The notes beneath the pieces were generated by a model. It saw only the letters and a list, made by a program, of their open reading frames with translations, had not been told where the DNA came from and ran no database searches. Shown here piece after piece: positions 20,808-31,596 of a DNA stretch of 64,000 nt. Where the stretch lies: contig OZ220732.1 in NCBI GenBank assembly GCA_965116905.1, forward strand, positions 3,104,001 through 3,168,000, read 5' to 3'. Made by a program: the position numbers and the translations under genes. The DNA is from Longimicrobiales bacterium. Its GTDB lineage: Bacteria; Gemmatimonadota; Gemmatimonadetes; Longimicrobiales; Gaopeijiaceae. Position 1 is the stretch's first letter; each line of letters starts with the position of its first letter.

Positions 20808-22376
20808 TTATTTCACGCCCGTACTGCCGAAACCGCCGGAGCCGCGCTCCGTTTCGGTCAGCCCCGGCACCTCGTGCACCCGCGGCGACAGGCATCGGCT
20901 GAACACGAGCTGCGCGACACGGTCACCGCGGTTGATCGTAACCGCCTCGGCGCCCGAATTCTGCATCAGGACCTTGAGTTCCCCCCGGTAGTCCGAATCG
21001 ATCGTGCCGGGGCTGTTCGGCAGCGTGATCCCAAACCGCGCCGCCAACCCCGAGCGGGGCCGGACCTGACACTCGAGTCCCGCAGGCATCTCCATGATCA
21101 GCCCCGTCGACGCCGCGTGGATCTGGCCCGGAGCCAGCTGAAAGCTCTCACAACTGCGAATGTCGAAGCCCGCCGCCTCGGCCGACGCACGCGCAGGCAG
21201 GGGAAGATCCGGGTTGGTGGCCAGGCGCTTGAAGCGTACCTCGGGCCCATCGTGCCGGTGCACCGCCTCCTGCCGGCGAAGGGGCTCCATGCTCATCCCG
21301 AACGCCTCGGCGACCGCCCGATGAACGACCCTGCCCCGCGCGACGTTGATCCCCCTGGCAAGGTCGGGATCTTCGGCGCACGCCTGGCGCCATCCGCACC
21401 GCGCCAGATGCATCGCGAACGGCAGCGTCGCGTTGGTCAGCGCCAGCGTCGAGGTGCGCGGCACCGCGCCGGGGATGTTCGACACCCCGTAGTGGATCAC
21501 TCCATCGACCTCGTAAACCGGGTCCTCGTGTGTCGTCGGCCGTATGGTCTCGACACATCCCCCCTGGTCGACCGCGACATCGACGATCACGGATCCGGGC
21601 CGCATCGTTGCGAGGTCCTCCCGCTTGACCAGACCCGGAGCCTTCCCACCCGGTACGAGCACGGCGCCGATCACGAGGTCGGAGCCGCCGAGCTGCTTCC
21701 GAACGGCGTAACGCGTGCTGAAGAGGAGGTTCACGTTGGCCGGCATGATGTCGGCGAGCTGCCGCAGCCGCGGAAGGGACACGTCCATGATCGACACCCG
21801 GGCGCCCAGGCCCGCCGCCATCCTGGCCGCGTGGGTTCCCACGACGCCCCCGCCCAGCACCAGCACCTTGGCGGGCAGAACCCCGGGGACGCCGCCCAGG
21901 AGAATCCCCGATCCGCCCGAGGGACGGCCGAGGTACTTCGCGCCTTCCTGCACCGCCATGCGCCCCGCCACCTCGCTCATCGGCGTGAGGAGCGGCAGGT
22001 CGCCGTCCTCCGGGCCCACCGTCTCGTATGCAATCGCGATCGCGCCGCTGTCGATCACGGCACGAGTCAGCTTCTCGGATGCCGCAAAGTGGAAGTACGC
22101 GAAGACGATCTGTCCCTCGCGCATCAGGGGCCATTCGGAGGCGACCGGCTCCTTCACCTTCATGATCATCGCGGCGCGCTCCCACACCTCCGCGGCGGTA
22201 TCGACAACCTCCGCGCCCGCGCTCGCATAGAAGTCGTCGGTGAAACCGCTGTCCCCGCCGGCCCCGGCCTGCACGAGAACCTCGTGGCCGGCCTTGCTCA
22301 TGGCCTCGGCGCCGGCCGGTGTCAGCGCGACCCTGTATTCGTTCTGCTTGATCTCGGATGGAATGCCAACGACCAT
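20808..22376 (-). CDS. ald-dut: Alanine dehydrogenase fused in-frame to a trimeric dUTP diphosphatase (Ald-Dut)
   Basis: N-terminal ~365 aa Ald (GIPSEIK..EYRVALTP, KVKEP, PMSEVAGR, GGGVVG, DVAVDQGG, NIPGAVPRTST). C-terminal ~145 aa dUTPase with motifs I-V (AGFDI, RSGLA, GTIDSDYRGE, GDRVAQLV, RGSGGFGSTG). No stop codon between them. Confidence 0.9.
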   Translation of the reverse strand: MVVGIPSEIKQNEYRVALTPAGAEAMSKAGHEVLVQAGAGGDSGFTDDFYASAGAEVVDTAAEVWERAAMIMKVKEPVASEWPLMREGQIVFAYFHFAASEKLTRAVIDSGAIAIAYETVGPEDGDLPLLTPMSEVAGRMAVQEGAKYLGRPSGGSGILLGGVPGVLPAKVLVLGGGVVGTHAARMAAGLGARVSIMDVSLPRLRQLADIMPANVNLLFSTRYAVRKQLGGSDLVIGAVLVPGGKAPGLVKREDLATMRPGSVIVDVAVDQGGCVETIRPTTHEDPVYEVDGVIHYGVSNIPGAVPRTSTLALTNATLPFAMHLARCGWRQACAEDPDLARGINVARGRVVHRAVAEAFGMSMEPLRRQEAVHRHDGPEVRFKRLATNPDLPLPARASAEAAGFDIRSCESFQLAPGQIHAASTGLIMEMPAGLECQVRPRSGLAARFGITLPNSPGTIDSDYRGELKVLMQNSGAEAVTINRGDRVAQLVFSRCLSPRVHEVPGLTETERGSGGFGSTGVK

Positions 22377-22425
22377 TTTCGGGATCCGTTCTGGTTGTCT
22401 CGTGTTCCCGGAGATTCGCGTTCCG

Positions 22426-23673
22426 TCAATGCGGGCCGAGGCACAGGGTGTACTGGCGCTCCGGCTCGCAGACCTCCGCCGCCACTCTCACAATGTCGCC
22501 ATCGGTCACGGAATCTATCCGGCCGGCCAGCTCGTCCAGGGTGACAAAGGGCTCGCGGTACAGCGCAAAGCCCGCAAGGCGGTGCAGCCGGGCACCGGGG
22601 GACTCCTGCGAGAGCATGATCTGGCCCTTCACCTGCTCCTTGATCGTGTCCAGTTCGCCGCTGGCAAGACCCTCGGCCGCGATGCGGCGATAGACGTCAC
22701 GAATCGCATCCAGCGCCTCCGATTCCTTTCCGGGACGGGTTCCCGCGTACACGCCGGAGACGCCGCCGAGGGTGTAGAACGACTGGAAGGAGAACACCGC
22801 GTAGGCCAGGGCCAGCTCCTCCCGGACCCTCTGGAAGAGCCTGGAGCTCATTCCTCCGCCGAGCGCCGTCGCCAGCAGGTTCAGCGCGTGCCGATCCGGG
22901 TGCGAGTGGCCAGGCGTCGTGCGGCCCAGCACGATATGCACCTGCGATGCCTCGCGTGCCACCCTGTCCACGCCTTCTTCGGGGGCCGGAGGCGCGGGAA
23001 CGCCGCCAGCCTCGCGCCCGGGTTCGATCTCACCGAACCACTCGTCGGCCAGCCCGAGGAACTCGTCGTGCTCCACCGCGCCCGCCGCCGCCAAGACCAG
23101 GTTCGACCCGACGTAGCCTTCCCGGTGCAGCCGAACCAGGTCATCGCGCGAGACGGCGGCCACCGAATCACGGGTTCCCAGGATCGACCTGCCGTAGGGA
23201 TGCCCCCGCCACAGGCGCTCACCGTGGAGTTCGAACACGAGGTCGTCGGGCGTGTCCTCCACCGCGGCGATCTCCTCGCCGACCACCATCCTCTCCTGGT
23301 CGAGGTCGCGCTCGGCGAGGCGCGGGTCCCGCACCAGGTCCGAGATCACGTCCACCGCCCGGGGCAGATGCTCCGCCAGCACGCGTGCCTCGTAGCCGGT
23401 ATGTTCCCGCGAGGTGTACGCGTTCAGCGAGCCGCCCACGCTTTCCAGCGAGCGTGCGATCTGGCGGCGTGAGCGCGATCCGGTACCGCGAAAGACCAGG
23501 TGTTCCAGCAGGTGGCTGGCACCGGTCTGGCCGGGACTATCGTGGGCCGCGCCCTGCCGCACCCACGCACCCACGGCCACCGAGCGCACACCCGGCATGC
23601 GCTCGGTCAGGACATGCACCCCGTTTCCCAACCGGTCGCACCCAAAGCTCTGCGTGCGGGGATCGCGCCCCAT
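22426..23673 (-). CDS. M16 (pitrilysin) family zinc peptidase
   Basis: Motifs HxxEH (HLLEH), NAYTSRE and LGGGMSSRLFQRVRE; typical position after pnp. Confidence 0.93.
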   Translation of the reverse strand: MGRDPRTQSFGCDRLGNGVHVLTERMPGVRSVAVGAWVRQGAAHDSPGQTGASHLLEHLVFRGTGSRSRRQIARSLESVGGSLNAYTSREHTGYEARVLAEHLPRAVDVISDLVRDPRLAERDLDQERMVVGEEIAAVEDTPDDLVFELHGERLWRGHPYGRSILGTRDSVAAVSRDDLVRLHREGYVGSNLVLAAAGAVEHDEFLGLADEWFGEIEPGREAGGVPAPPAPEEGVDRVAREASQVHIVLGRTTPGHSHPDRHALNLLATALGGGMSSRLFQRVREELALAYAVFSFQSFYTLGGVSGVYAGTRPGKESEALDAIRDVYRRIAAEGLASGELDTIKEQVKGQIMLSQESPGARLHRLAGFALYREPFVTLDELAGRIDSVTDGDIVRVAAEVCEPERQYTLCLGPH

Positions 23674-23704
23674 CCGGCCTTCGCGCCCGATCCCGGTCGT
23701 TCGC

Positions 23705-25834
23705 CTAGCTGCCGGCCCCGGCCTTCTCGGCGACCGGAGTCCTCTCCTCCGCGGCCGCGGCCTTCTTGGAGAGGCGCATGCGGCCCTTCTCGTCGATGGA
23801 CAGGAGCTTGACGCGTATGATGTCTCCGCGGTTCACCACGTCCTCGGTCTTGCCGACCCTGTAGTCCGCCAGCTCCGATATGTGGCACAGCCCCTCGACG
23901 CCGGGCATGATTTCAACGAATGCGCCGAATGTCGTGGTGTTCTTGACCGGCCCTTCGTAGATCCTGCCCACCTCCGGCTCCTGCACGATGGCTTCGATCA
24001 TCTCGCGGGCCCTGGCGCCGGCCTCCGAAGACACGGCGGCAATCTTGACGACGCCGTCGTCGTCCACTTCGATGGTGGCGCCGGATTCGTCCTGTATCGC
24101 CCGGATGGTCTTGCCCTTGGGACCGATGATGTCACCGATCTTCTCCGGGTTGATCCGGATCGATTCGATCCTCGGCGCGTAGTCCGAGAGGTCCTCACGG
24201 GGCGACCCGATCGCCGCGTCCATGCGGTCCAGGATGTGCATGCGGCCCCGGCGGGCCCGCTCCAGCGCCTCGCTCAGCAGCTCGAAGGTCAGCCCCTCGA
24301 TCTTGATGTCCATCTGTATGGACGTGACGCCCTTGCGCGTCCCGGCCACCTTGAAGTCCATGTCCCCCAGCGCGTCCTCGAGGCCAAGAATGTCGGTAAG
24401 GACGGCCACACGGTCACCCTCGGAGACCAGCCCCATCGCCACGCCCGCACAAGCGGCCTGCACCGGCACGCCCGCGTCCATCAGGGACAGCGACGCGGAG
24501 CACACCGACGCCATCGAGGACGACCCGTTCGACTCCAGGATGTCCGAGACGATCCGGATCGTGTACGGAAAGTCGTCGTAGTCGGGAAGCAACGGCTGAA
24601 TGGCCCGCTCCGCGAGCGCCCCATGGCCCTTCTCACGCCGCGAAGTCGACCGGATCGGACGCGCCTCGCCCACCGAGAAGGGCGGGAAGTTGTAGTGAAG
24701 CATGAACGACTTGGTGATCTGCTCGGCGCTGTCGATCGAGTCGATGCGCTGCTCGTCCCGCGAAGTCCCGAGGGTCACGACCCCCAGTGACTGGGTCTCT
24801 CCGCGCGTGAACAGCGCGGACCCGTGCGTCCTGGGCAGGAGCCCGACTTCGCAATCGATCTGGCGCACATCGTCGACGCCCCGGCCGTCTGCCCGCAGAC
24901 CCTCGTCGAGGATGCGGGCGCGCACGCTCTTCTTCTCCAGCGACCGGACGACATCCTGCACGTCCCCGTCGGGAGCCGGTCCCTCCGGGTTCTCTTCAGC
25001 CAGTTGCGCCGAAATGTCCTGCGCAACCGCCTTCAGCGCGGCCGACCGGTCCTTCTTGCTGGTTATCCTCACCGCCTCGGCTACGCGCGCCTCGGCCTCC
25101 TCCTCGACACGGCCACGCAGCTCCGGATCCACCTCCTTGGGCACCCACTCCATCGCGGGAACCCTGCGGGGCGCGATGAGCTCCTCCTGGATCTCGATCA
25201 GCTCCCTGATTGCGTCGTGGGCCACCCTCAGGCCTTCGAGGATCTCGGTTTCGGGGACCTGAATGGCTCCTCCCTCCACCATCACGATCGCGCTTGCCGA
25301 GCCGGCCACGACGATGTCGACGTCGGCGTATTCGAGTTGCAGGAAGGTGGGATTGACCACCCAGTTCCCCTGGATCCTCCCGATGCGCACGGATGCCACG
25401 GGTGTGCGGAAGGGGATGACCGACGTGTTGAGCGCCACGGAGGCGCCGATCAGCGTAAGGACGTCCGCGTCGTTTTCCTGGTCCGCACTCAGGACCTGGG
25501 CGTGGATCTGGGTCTCGTAAAAGAACCCGTTGGGGAAGAGCGGGCGCAGGGTGCGATCCGTCAACCTGGAGGAAAGTACCTCCTTCTCCTGGGGCGCCCC
25601 CTCGCGCTTGAAGAAACCACCGGGGATCTTTCCGGCCGCGTAGGCCTTCTCGCGGTATTCCACCGTAAGCGGGAAAAAGGGGAGATGAGTCGGCCTGTCC
25701 TGCACCGTGGCCGTCACCAGTACTACCGTTTCGCCGAACTGGACGAGGCAGGCCCCATGTGCGAGCCGCGCCATGCGGCCCACTTCGAGGACCAGCCGCC
25801 GGCCGGCGAACTGTCGTTCGATTCTGTCTGTCAT
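23705..25834 (-). CDS. pnp: Polyribonucleotide nucleotidyltransferase
   Basis: Motifs FFPLTVEYRE, GKIPGGFFKREG, HGSALFTRGETQ, ESNGSSSMAS and GDMDFKVAG; KH and S1 domains. Confidence 0.98.
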   Translation of the reverse strand: MTDRIERQFAGRRLVLEVGRMARLAHGACLVQFGETVVLVTATVQDRPTHLPFFPLTVEYREKAYAAGKIPGGFFKREGAPQEKEVLSSRLTDRTLRPLFPNGFFYETQIHAQVLSADQENDADVLTLIGASVALNTSVIPFRTPVASVRIGRIQGNWVVNPTFLQLEYADVDIVVAGSASAIVMVEGGAIQVPETEILEGLRVAHDAIRELIEIQEELIAPRRVPAMEWVPKEVDPELRGRVEEEAEARVAEAVRITSKKDRSAALKAVAQDISAQLAEENPEGPAPDGDVQDVVRSLEKKSVRARILDEGLRADGRGVDDVRQIDCEVGLLPRTHGSALFTRGETQSLGVVTLGTSRDEQRIDSIDSAEQITKSFMLHYNFPPFSVGEARPIRSTSRREKGHGALAERAIQPLLPDYDDFPYTIRIVSDILESNGSSSMASVCSASLSLMDAGVPVQAACAGVAMGLVSEGDRVAVLTDILGLEDALGDMDFKVAGTRKGVTSIQMDIKIEGLTFELLSEALERARRGRMHILDRMDAAIGSPREDLSDYAPRIESIRINPEKIGDIIGPKGKTIRAIQDESGATIEVDDDGVVKIAAVSSEAGARAREMIEAIVQEPEVGRIYEGPVKNTTTFGAFVEIMPGVEGLCHISELADYRVGKTEDVVNRGDIIRVKLLSIDEKGRMRLSKKAAAAEERTPVAEKAGAGS

Positions 25835-25952
25835 TTTCTCTTCCGGGATTGCCGCAGAGAACCTGCGGCGAAAAGGGGCCGTGGCACTACCGACGCGCCG
25901 CCGCCCGCCGCATGGCGTGGACGGTCGGAGGACGCCTTCATGCGCGCGCCGA

Positions 25953-26213
25953 TCAATGGCGCAGCCCGAGGTCTTTGATCAATTCGCGGTACCCGTCCAG
26001 ATCGGTCCGCTTGAGGTACTCGAGGAGCCGGCGGCGGCGTCCCACCATCTTCAGGAGGCCGCGGCGGCTGTGATGGTCGTGCCTGTGGGCGTCGAAATGG
26101 ACACGCAGGTGATCGATCCTGGCGGTGAGAAGGGCAACCTGGACCTGGGTGCTTCCGGCCCCGTTATCGTGGGGCTGGTACTTGGCTATGATCGCTTGCT
26201 TGTCGATACCCAT
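25953..26213 (-). CDS. rpsO: 30S ribosomal protein S15
   Basis: [14 protein letters not shown]...[23 protein letters not shown]. Confidence 0.97.
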   Translation of the reverse strand: MGIDKQAIIAKYQPHDNGAGSTQVQVALLTARIDHLRVHFDAHRHDHHSRRGLLKMVGRRRRLLEYLKRTDLDGYRELIKDLGLRH

Positions 26214-26221
26214 TTCGTTCC

Positions 26222-26301
26222 CGTGTATTGCGCCTCTCTCCAGACACGACGCTGTCAGGCGGACAGCCTTTAACCATAGTCTATGGCCGACTGACGCACA
26301 A
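26222..26301 (-). promoter_or_regulatory. Putative rpsO promoter and structured 5' leader
   Basis: TTGTGC-N17-TATGGT (26301-26273) at the ribF 3' end. Hairpins GCTGTC/GACAGC (26251-26267) and CGTGT/ACACG (26222-26248). Confidence 0.4.
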
Positions 26302-27244
26302 CCGCATGTCGCTCCAGCAACCTCCGGGTGCTCGCCACGTCCTCCCGCATCTGCCCGACCAGCGCCGCAGCCGATTCGAAGGCGAGCACGGGGCGCAGGT
26401 ATTCGATCAGGTCCAGATGAATCCGCTGCCCGCCCAGGTCCGCGTCGAAATCGAGCAGATGAACCTCGACGGAGGCGCTCGCCCCCGGGAAGGTCGGGCG
26501 TTCCCCGATGTGCAGCGCGCCCATGAACCTGCCCGCGCGAATGGTGACATGACATGCGTAGATGCCCTCGGCGGGCACGAGCTTGTCGGTCCCCGCCACG
26601 CGCAGGTTCGCGGTGGGGAATCCGAGGCTCCGTCCCCGCCCCTCTCCCCTGACGACGGTGCCCGTCAACGAGTACGGCCGTCCCAGCCCGCGGTTGGCGT
26701 CGGCGAGCCGTCCCTCAAGTAGGGCACGGCGAACCGATGAGGACGAGACCGCCGCGGGGCCGGGGCCGGAATGGACGGCTTCCACGACATCGAGCTGAAA
26801 CCCCCTGGCGGCGGCGATGGACCGAAGCGTATTGACGTCTCCGGATCGTCCGCGCCCGAACCCGTGATCGTAGCCGATGACGAGGTGGCTCATCCCCAGG
26901 CGCCGAAGCAGAATCTCATCCACGAACCGCTGCGGCGAGAATTCGCGAAGCTCGGGGGTGAAGGCCAGGAAGACCGCATAGTCGAGCCGGCTGCACGCGA
27001 GGACCGCCTTCTTTTCGTCCGGCGTCGTCAGCAGCGCCGGCGCGGCCTCGGGCCGGACCACGCGCAACGGATGGGGATCGAAGGTGACCAGAACACTTCG
27101 CCCACCCTGCGCCGACGCCCGCTCGCCGATTTCCTCCAGGACCCGCCAATGCCCCCGGTGGACTCCGTCGAAGGTGCCCACGGTGACGATGACGGGGCAA
27201 TCGTCGCGGGGCAGCCCGGAGATGCCCGACCGCAAGACCGTCAC
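26270..27244 (-). CDS. ribF: Bifunctional riboflavin kinase/FAD synthetase
   Basis: Motifs [39 protein letters not shown] and GERPTF. Confidence 0.96.
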   Translation of the reverse strand: MTVLRSGISGLPRDDCPVIVTVGTFDGVHRGHWRVLEEIGERASAQGGRSVLVTFDPHPLRVVRPEAAPALLTTPDEKKAVLACSRLDYAVFLAFTPELREFSPQRFVDEILLRRLGMSHLVIGYDHGFGRGRSGDVNTLRSIAAARGFQLDVVEAVHSGPGPAAVSSSSVRRALLEGRLADANRGLGRPYSLTGTVVRGEGRGRSLGFPTANLRVAGTDKLVPAEGIYACHVTIRAGRFMGALHIGERPTFPGASASVEVHLLDFDADLGGQRIHLDLIEYLRPVLAFESAAALVGQMREDVASTRRLLERHAVVRQSAIDYG

Positions 27245-28143
27245 GCCCCGGCGCCCTCGTCGTCATAGAACACCTTGCTGGGCCGGAGCACCCCGTCCCG
27301 GACCGCCCCGATCGCCACCAGCCGTTCATCCGGGAGGACGACGACGGCCGGGCTTCCGTCGGGCGCGTCCCCGGGAATCCATCTCCCTGCGGCCAGCATC
27401 GCCGCCTCGTCGGTGCCGACAACGACGCGCGGCAGGTGCGACAGCGCGGACACCGCCTCGACCCAGGCCCCGTGCGGCGGCTTCCCCGCCCTCACGGAAG
27501 CGAGCGAAGCCGCATCGCGCACGTGGAAGGACCCGACGCGCGTGCGGCGCAACTCCACAAGGTGACAGGACGTTCCCAACCGCTCGCCGAATTCAACCGA
27601 CAGCGCCCGGACATAGGTGCCACTGGAGCACACGACCCGAAAACGCACCCGCGGCGGCACATGGTCGAGTATTTCGAAACAGGTCAGCGTCACCTCCCGG
27701 GGACTGAGGACAACGCGCTCACCGCGCCGCACGCGCCGATGGGCGGGTACCCCGTCGACCTTCACGGCCGAGTAGGCGGGCGGGACCTGGCGCAGCCTGC
27801 CGACCATGCCGGCCGCGGCCGCCTCCAGTTGTTGCCGCTTCAGCGAGACCCAGTGGTCGTCTTCCGCGATCGGCGTTCCGTCGCGGTCCTGCGAGTCCGT
27901 GGCCACTCCGAGCCGGGCGGTTGCCCGGTACGTCTTGTCGAACCCCACGAGGTACTCCAGCAGGCGGGTCGCCTTGCCCGTCGCGAGCACGAGCAGGCCG
28001 GTGGCAAAGGGGTCGAGCGTCCCGGCATGACCCACCTTGCGTACTCCCAATCCCCGGCGCGCCACCGCGACCACGTCGTGGGACGTGATCCCGGCCGGCT
28101 TGTCCACCAGGAGGAAACGCATGACACCGGAGGCACCGGTCAA
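27241..28143 (-). CDS. truB: tRNA pseudouridine(55) synthase
   Basis: Motifs DKPAGITSHD, GHAGTLDP, QVPPAYSAVKVDG and CSSGTYVR. Confidence 0.96.
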   Translation of the reverse strand: MTGASGVMRFLLVDKPAGITSHDVVAVARRGLGVRKVGHAGTLDPFATGLLVLATGKATRLLEYLVGFDKTYRATARLGVATDSQDRDGTPIAEDDHWVSLKRQQLEAAAAGMVGRLRQVPPAYSAVKVDGVPAHRRVRRGERVVLSPREVTLTCFEILDHVPPRVRFRVVCSSGTYVRALSVEFGERLGTSCHLVELRRTRVGSFHVRDAASLASVRAGKPPHGAWVEAVSALSHLPRVVVGTDEAAMLAAGRWIPGDAPDGSPAVVVLPDERLVAIGAVRDGVLRPSKVFYDDEGAGA

Positions 28144-28508
28144 GGGTCGTCCGCTCCGCCTTCGGGCGGCATCACGTCGCGCAGTATGGCATCGATCCGC
28201 CTGCCGTCCTCGATCGTCGTGTCACGCTGGAACCGCAGTTCGGGCATGCGCCGGATCCGAAGCTCGCGCCCCAGCACGGAGCGCAGAAACGGGGCCGCAC
28301 GGCCCAGCGCCACCAGCGTGCGGGCCTGTTGATCCCGCGACCCGTGCAGCTCCACGTACACGCGGGCCAGCCAGAGGTCCTCGGTCACATCCACCCCGGT
28401 AACCGTCAGGGGGCCCACGTCCGGGTCGCGAAGCTGGTACTGGATCCTGGTGGACAGTTCCCGGCGCAGCTGCTCGCCCAGTCGTGAACGTCGCCGCCCG
28501 GACATCAA
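28140..28508 (-). CDS. rbfA: Ribosome-binding factor A
   Basis: Motifs LRDP, DLWLARVYV and RRMPELRF; canonical infB-rbfA-truB position. Confidence 0.93.
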   Translation of the reverse strand: MMSGRRRSRLGEQLRRELSTRIQYQLRDPDVGPLTVTGVDVTEDLWLARVYVELHGSRDQQARTLVALGRAAPFLRSVLGRELRIRRMPELRFQRDTTIEDGRRIDAILRDVMPPEGGADDP

Positions 28509-28783
28509 TACCGTTCGGTCGAGTTGGCGACCACCACCGCCCCGCGCGCACCGGCCACACGGCGATCGACGGACTCGAGGATCGAATCGGCCTGGGCGGC
28601 GTGCGCCGCGAGGAAAGCCACGGAGATCCGGGCCCGGTTGCGCGCGTCCTGGAGTCCCGACTCGACGACCGACACGTTCATGCGCGCGAGCCGGTCCTTG
28701 AGGGAGCGCAGGACGGATCGCTTTTGCTTCAGCGAGGCCGATCCGGGCACGGATAGATCCCAGGTAGCCACGGTGACGACCAC
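28505..28783 (-). CDS. DUF503 (YlxP-like) protein
   Basis: SLKQKRSVLRSLKDRL..MNVSVVE; between infB and rbfA. Alternative TTG at 28822. Confidence 0.85.
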   Translation of the reverse strand: MVVTVATWDLSVPGSASLKQKRSVLRSLKDRLARMNVSVVESGLQDARNRARISVAFLAAHAAQADSILESVDRRVAGARGAVVVANSTERY

Positions 28784-28818
28784 CCCGGGCCGCTGCGGCA
28801 CAGCGGGACGGGCGTTGC

Positions 28819-31596
28819 TCAACCCCGCTCGGTACCCGTCAGGGTGCGGGCAACCTCCTGCACCTGGTAGGTCTCCACGATGTCGCCCACCTTCAGATCG
28901 TTGAAGTTCGCGATGCCGATCCCGCATTCGAAGCCTTCCTTCACCTCCCGGACATCCTCCTTGAAGCGCCGGAGCGACCCGATCTCACCGTCGTAGATTA
29001 CGACGCCATCGCGGATGACGCGGGCCAGCCCACCGCGCTTGACCATGCCCTCCACGATGTAGCTTCCGGCGATCGTGCCGACTCCGCGGATCTTGAAGAT
29101 GACGCGGGCCTCCGCCGCCCCCAGCACGCTTTCGCGGCGCTCGGGTGCCAGCAGCCCCTCCAGCGCGGCCCTGACGTCGTCCACCGCCTCGTAGATGACG
29201 TCGTAGACCTGGATGTCCACGGCTTCACGTGACGAAGCCTGGCGGGCCAGCGCGTCGGGGCGGACCCGGAAGCCGATGATGACACCCCCGGCGGCGAGCG
29301 CAAGCATGACGTCGGACTCGTTGATCGCCCCGACGCCGCGATGGACGATCTCCACCTGCACCTCGTCGGTGGACAACTGCTCCAGGGCGTCGCAGAGGGC
29401 CTGAACGGAGCCGTCCACATCTCCCTTGACGACCAGCCGCAGGGTCCCGACATCGCCTGCCGCCAGCAACTGCGTGAAGTCGCCGAGCTTGATGCCCCGC
29501 TGCTTGATCCGCAACTGCTTCTCCCGGTCGAGCCGCTGGCGGTTGGCGGCGATGGAGGCAGCCTGGTCGGCCCCCATGACCTGGAACACGTCACCGGCCT
29601 GGGGCACTCCGGCCACCCCGAGGATCTGCACGGGAGTCCCGGGGCCCACGGCGTCGACGCCCTGACCGCGCTCGTCGAGCAGCGCGCGCACGCGCCCGTC
29701 GTGGAGCCCCACGACGAAGCTGTCGCCGACGCGCAGCGTCCCGGTCTGAACGAGAATCGTCGCCAGGGGTCCCTTGCCGATGTCCAGTTCGGCCTCGACG
29801 ACCGCTCCGACGGCGTCCCGGGCGGGGTTCGCCTTCAGTTCGAGGATCTCCGCCTGCAGGAGGACCTTCTCGAGCAGGTCGTCCATGCCCTCGCCGGTCT
29901 TGGCCGATACCTCCGCCACGAGGGTCTCGCCGCCGAAGTCCTCGACCGTGACCTCGTGCTGAAGCAGGTCCTGCTTGACCTTGTCGGCGTTCGCCGTGGG
30001 AAGGTCGATCTTGTTGATGGCCACCACGATGGGCACGCCGGCGGTCTTCGCATGACTGATCGCCTCGATGGTCTGCGGCATCACGGCGTCATCGGCCGCG
30101 ACGACGAGCACGACCAGATCGGTGACATCCGCGCCGCGCGCCCGCATCGCCGTGAAGGCAGCGTGCCCGGGGGTGTCGAGGAACGAAATGGTGCGGGCGT
30201 CGTCGAGTGCGACGTGATACGCCCCGATGTGCTGGGTGATGCCGCCGGCCTCGCCGGCCACGACGTTGGTGTCGCGGATCCAGTCGAGAAGCTTCGTCTT
30301 GCCGTGGTCCACGTGGCCCATCACGGTCACCACCGGGGGACGTGGACGCAGGTCCGCGGGATCGTCCTCTTCGGCCTGCTCCTCCGAAGGGGGCAGGTAG
30401 TCGGTCTCGCGAACGGCCGTGAAGCCGAACTCCTCGAGGAGCAACTCGATCTGGTCGAAGTCCAGCCTCTGATTGATGGTGACCAGCAGACCCATGTTCT
30501 TGAAGGCCCAGCCGATGATCTCGGTCGGGCTGACATCCACGAGTTCCGCCAGTTCGGCAACCGTGAGGAATTCGTTGACCCGCACGGTTCGCTCTTCGAC
30601 GGACCTCGCCTCGGCCGCGCGTTCCTCCGCCGCAACCCGCTCCTCCTTGGCCGCGGCCACTGCGCCCTTCCCCCGCTTGCGCTTCTTGCGGCCGCCCTTG
30701 ATCTCGGCCATGACCCGCTGGATGTTCTGCCTGGCCACGTCGCGGTCCGCGCCCTTGCGGCGGCGACCCTTCTTCCGTGCCCTCTTGCGACGGCCGTCCG
30801 AAGTGTATCCCTCGGCCTGGATCCGCACGCGGCCTCCGGGACCCGCGCTTGCCGCCGGCTCCGGCTTGCCCGGCGTGGGAGGCCCGGCACCCGGTCTGTC
30901 CCTTGCGCGGGTCGGCTTGAAGCCCGTGCGCGCGGCAAGGGGCGGCTCGGGCCGGGCAAGCGCCGCGCCATCGGCGGCGGCATCTTCGGTCCCGTCCGCC
31001 GCCGACGGCGCGAATCCGTCTTCGGGAGCCTCCGAAACCGCCAGCCCGGCCTCATCGGCCTGCTCTTCGGCGACGGGCACCGCCGGAACCTCGTCTCCGG
31101 CGGCTGAATCGGCGACAGCGGCCGGCTCGTCGGCCAAAGGCGCGTCGGGCTTCGGTGAATCCGTCTCCTCCGCGGCCGGCACCGCTTCGGCCTCGTGGGG
31201 CTCGTCGGCCTCGGTCCCGGGAATCTCCGGCGCAATCGCAACTTCCAGTCCGAGGGCCGGGTCCGTCGCTTCGACGCCCTTCTCGATGTCGGCGACCGCG
31301 TCCTCCGGAGCCTCCGCCACGGCCGTCTGACTCTCCACGGGAGCACGGCGGCGGGAGGGCGCGCGCCGACGCCGCCGGCTCACCGGTCTCCGCGCCTTGA
31401 CCGCAGCCTGCATCACATCGGCGGCCTCACCGTGGCCCGCCCTGCGTTCACGCTCCAGGCGCGTGCGGATGAGCGCGACATCGACGTCCCTGATCGGAGC
31501 GTCGGGGTGCCCGACGCGCACACCCGACTCCCGCAGAAACCTCAGAAGCACATCGGCATTGACCTTGAGGTCCGTCGCCAGTTCCTTCACCCGCAT
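28819..31596 (-). CDS. infB: Translation initiation factor IF-2
   Basis: Start MRVKELA (TGATG overlap with nusA). Motifs [38 protein letters not shown] and GFECGI. Confidence 0.97.
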   Translation of the reverse strand: MRVKELATDLKVNADVLLRFLRESGVRVGHPDAPIRDVDVALIRTRLERERRAGHGEAADVMQAAVKARRPVSRRRRRAPSRRRAPVESQTAVAEAPEDAVADIEKGVEATDPALGLEVAIAPEIPGTEADEPHEAEAVPAAEETDSPKPDAPLADEPAAVADSAAGDEVPAVPVAEEQADEAGLAVSEAPEDGFAPSAADGTEDAAADGAALARPEPPLAARTGFKPTRARDRPGAGPPTPGKPEPAASAGPGGRVRIQAEGYTSDGRRKRARKKGRRRKGADRDVARQNIQRVMAEIKGGRKKRKRGKGAVAAAKEERVAAEERAAEARSVEERTVRVNEFLTVAELAELVDVSPTEIIGWAFKNMGLLVTINQRLDFDQIELLLEEFGFTAVRETDYLPPSEEQAEEDDPADLRPRPPVVTVMGHVDHGKTKLLDWIRDTNVVAGEAGGITQHIGAYHVALDDARTISFLDTPGHAAFTAMRARGADVTDLVVLVVAADDAVMPQTIEAISHAKTAGVPIVVAINKIDLPTANADKVKQDLLQHEVTVEDFGGETLVAEVSAKTGEGMDDLLEKVLLQAEILELKANPARDAVGAVVEAELDIGKGPLATILVQTGTLRVGDSFVVGLHDGRVRALLDERGQGVDAVGPGTPVQILGVAGVPQAGDVFQVMGADQAASIAANRQRLDREKQLRIKQRGIKLGDFTQLLAAGDVGTLRLVVKGDVDGSVQALCDALEQLSTDEVQVEIVHRGVGAINESDVMLALAAGGVIIGFRVRPDALARQASSREAVDIQVYDVIYEAVDDVRAALEGLLAPERRESVLGAAEARVIFKIRGVGTIAGSYIVEGMVKRGGLARVIRDGVVIYDGEIGSLRRFKEDVREVKEGFECGIGIANFNDLKVGDIVETYQVQEVARTLTGTERG

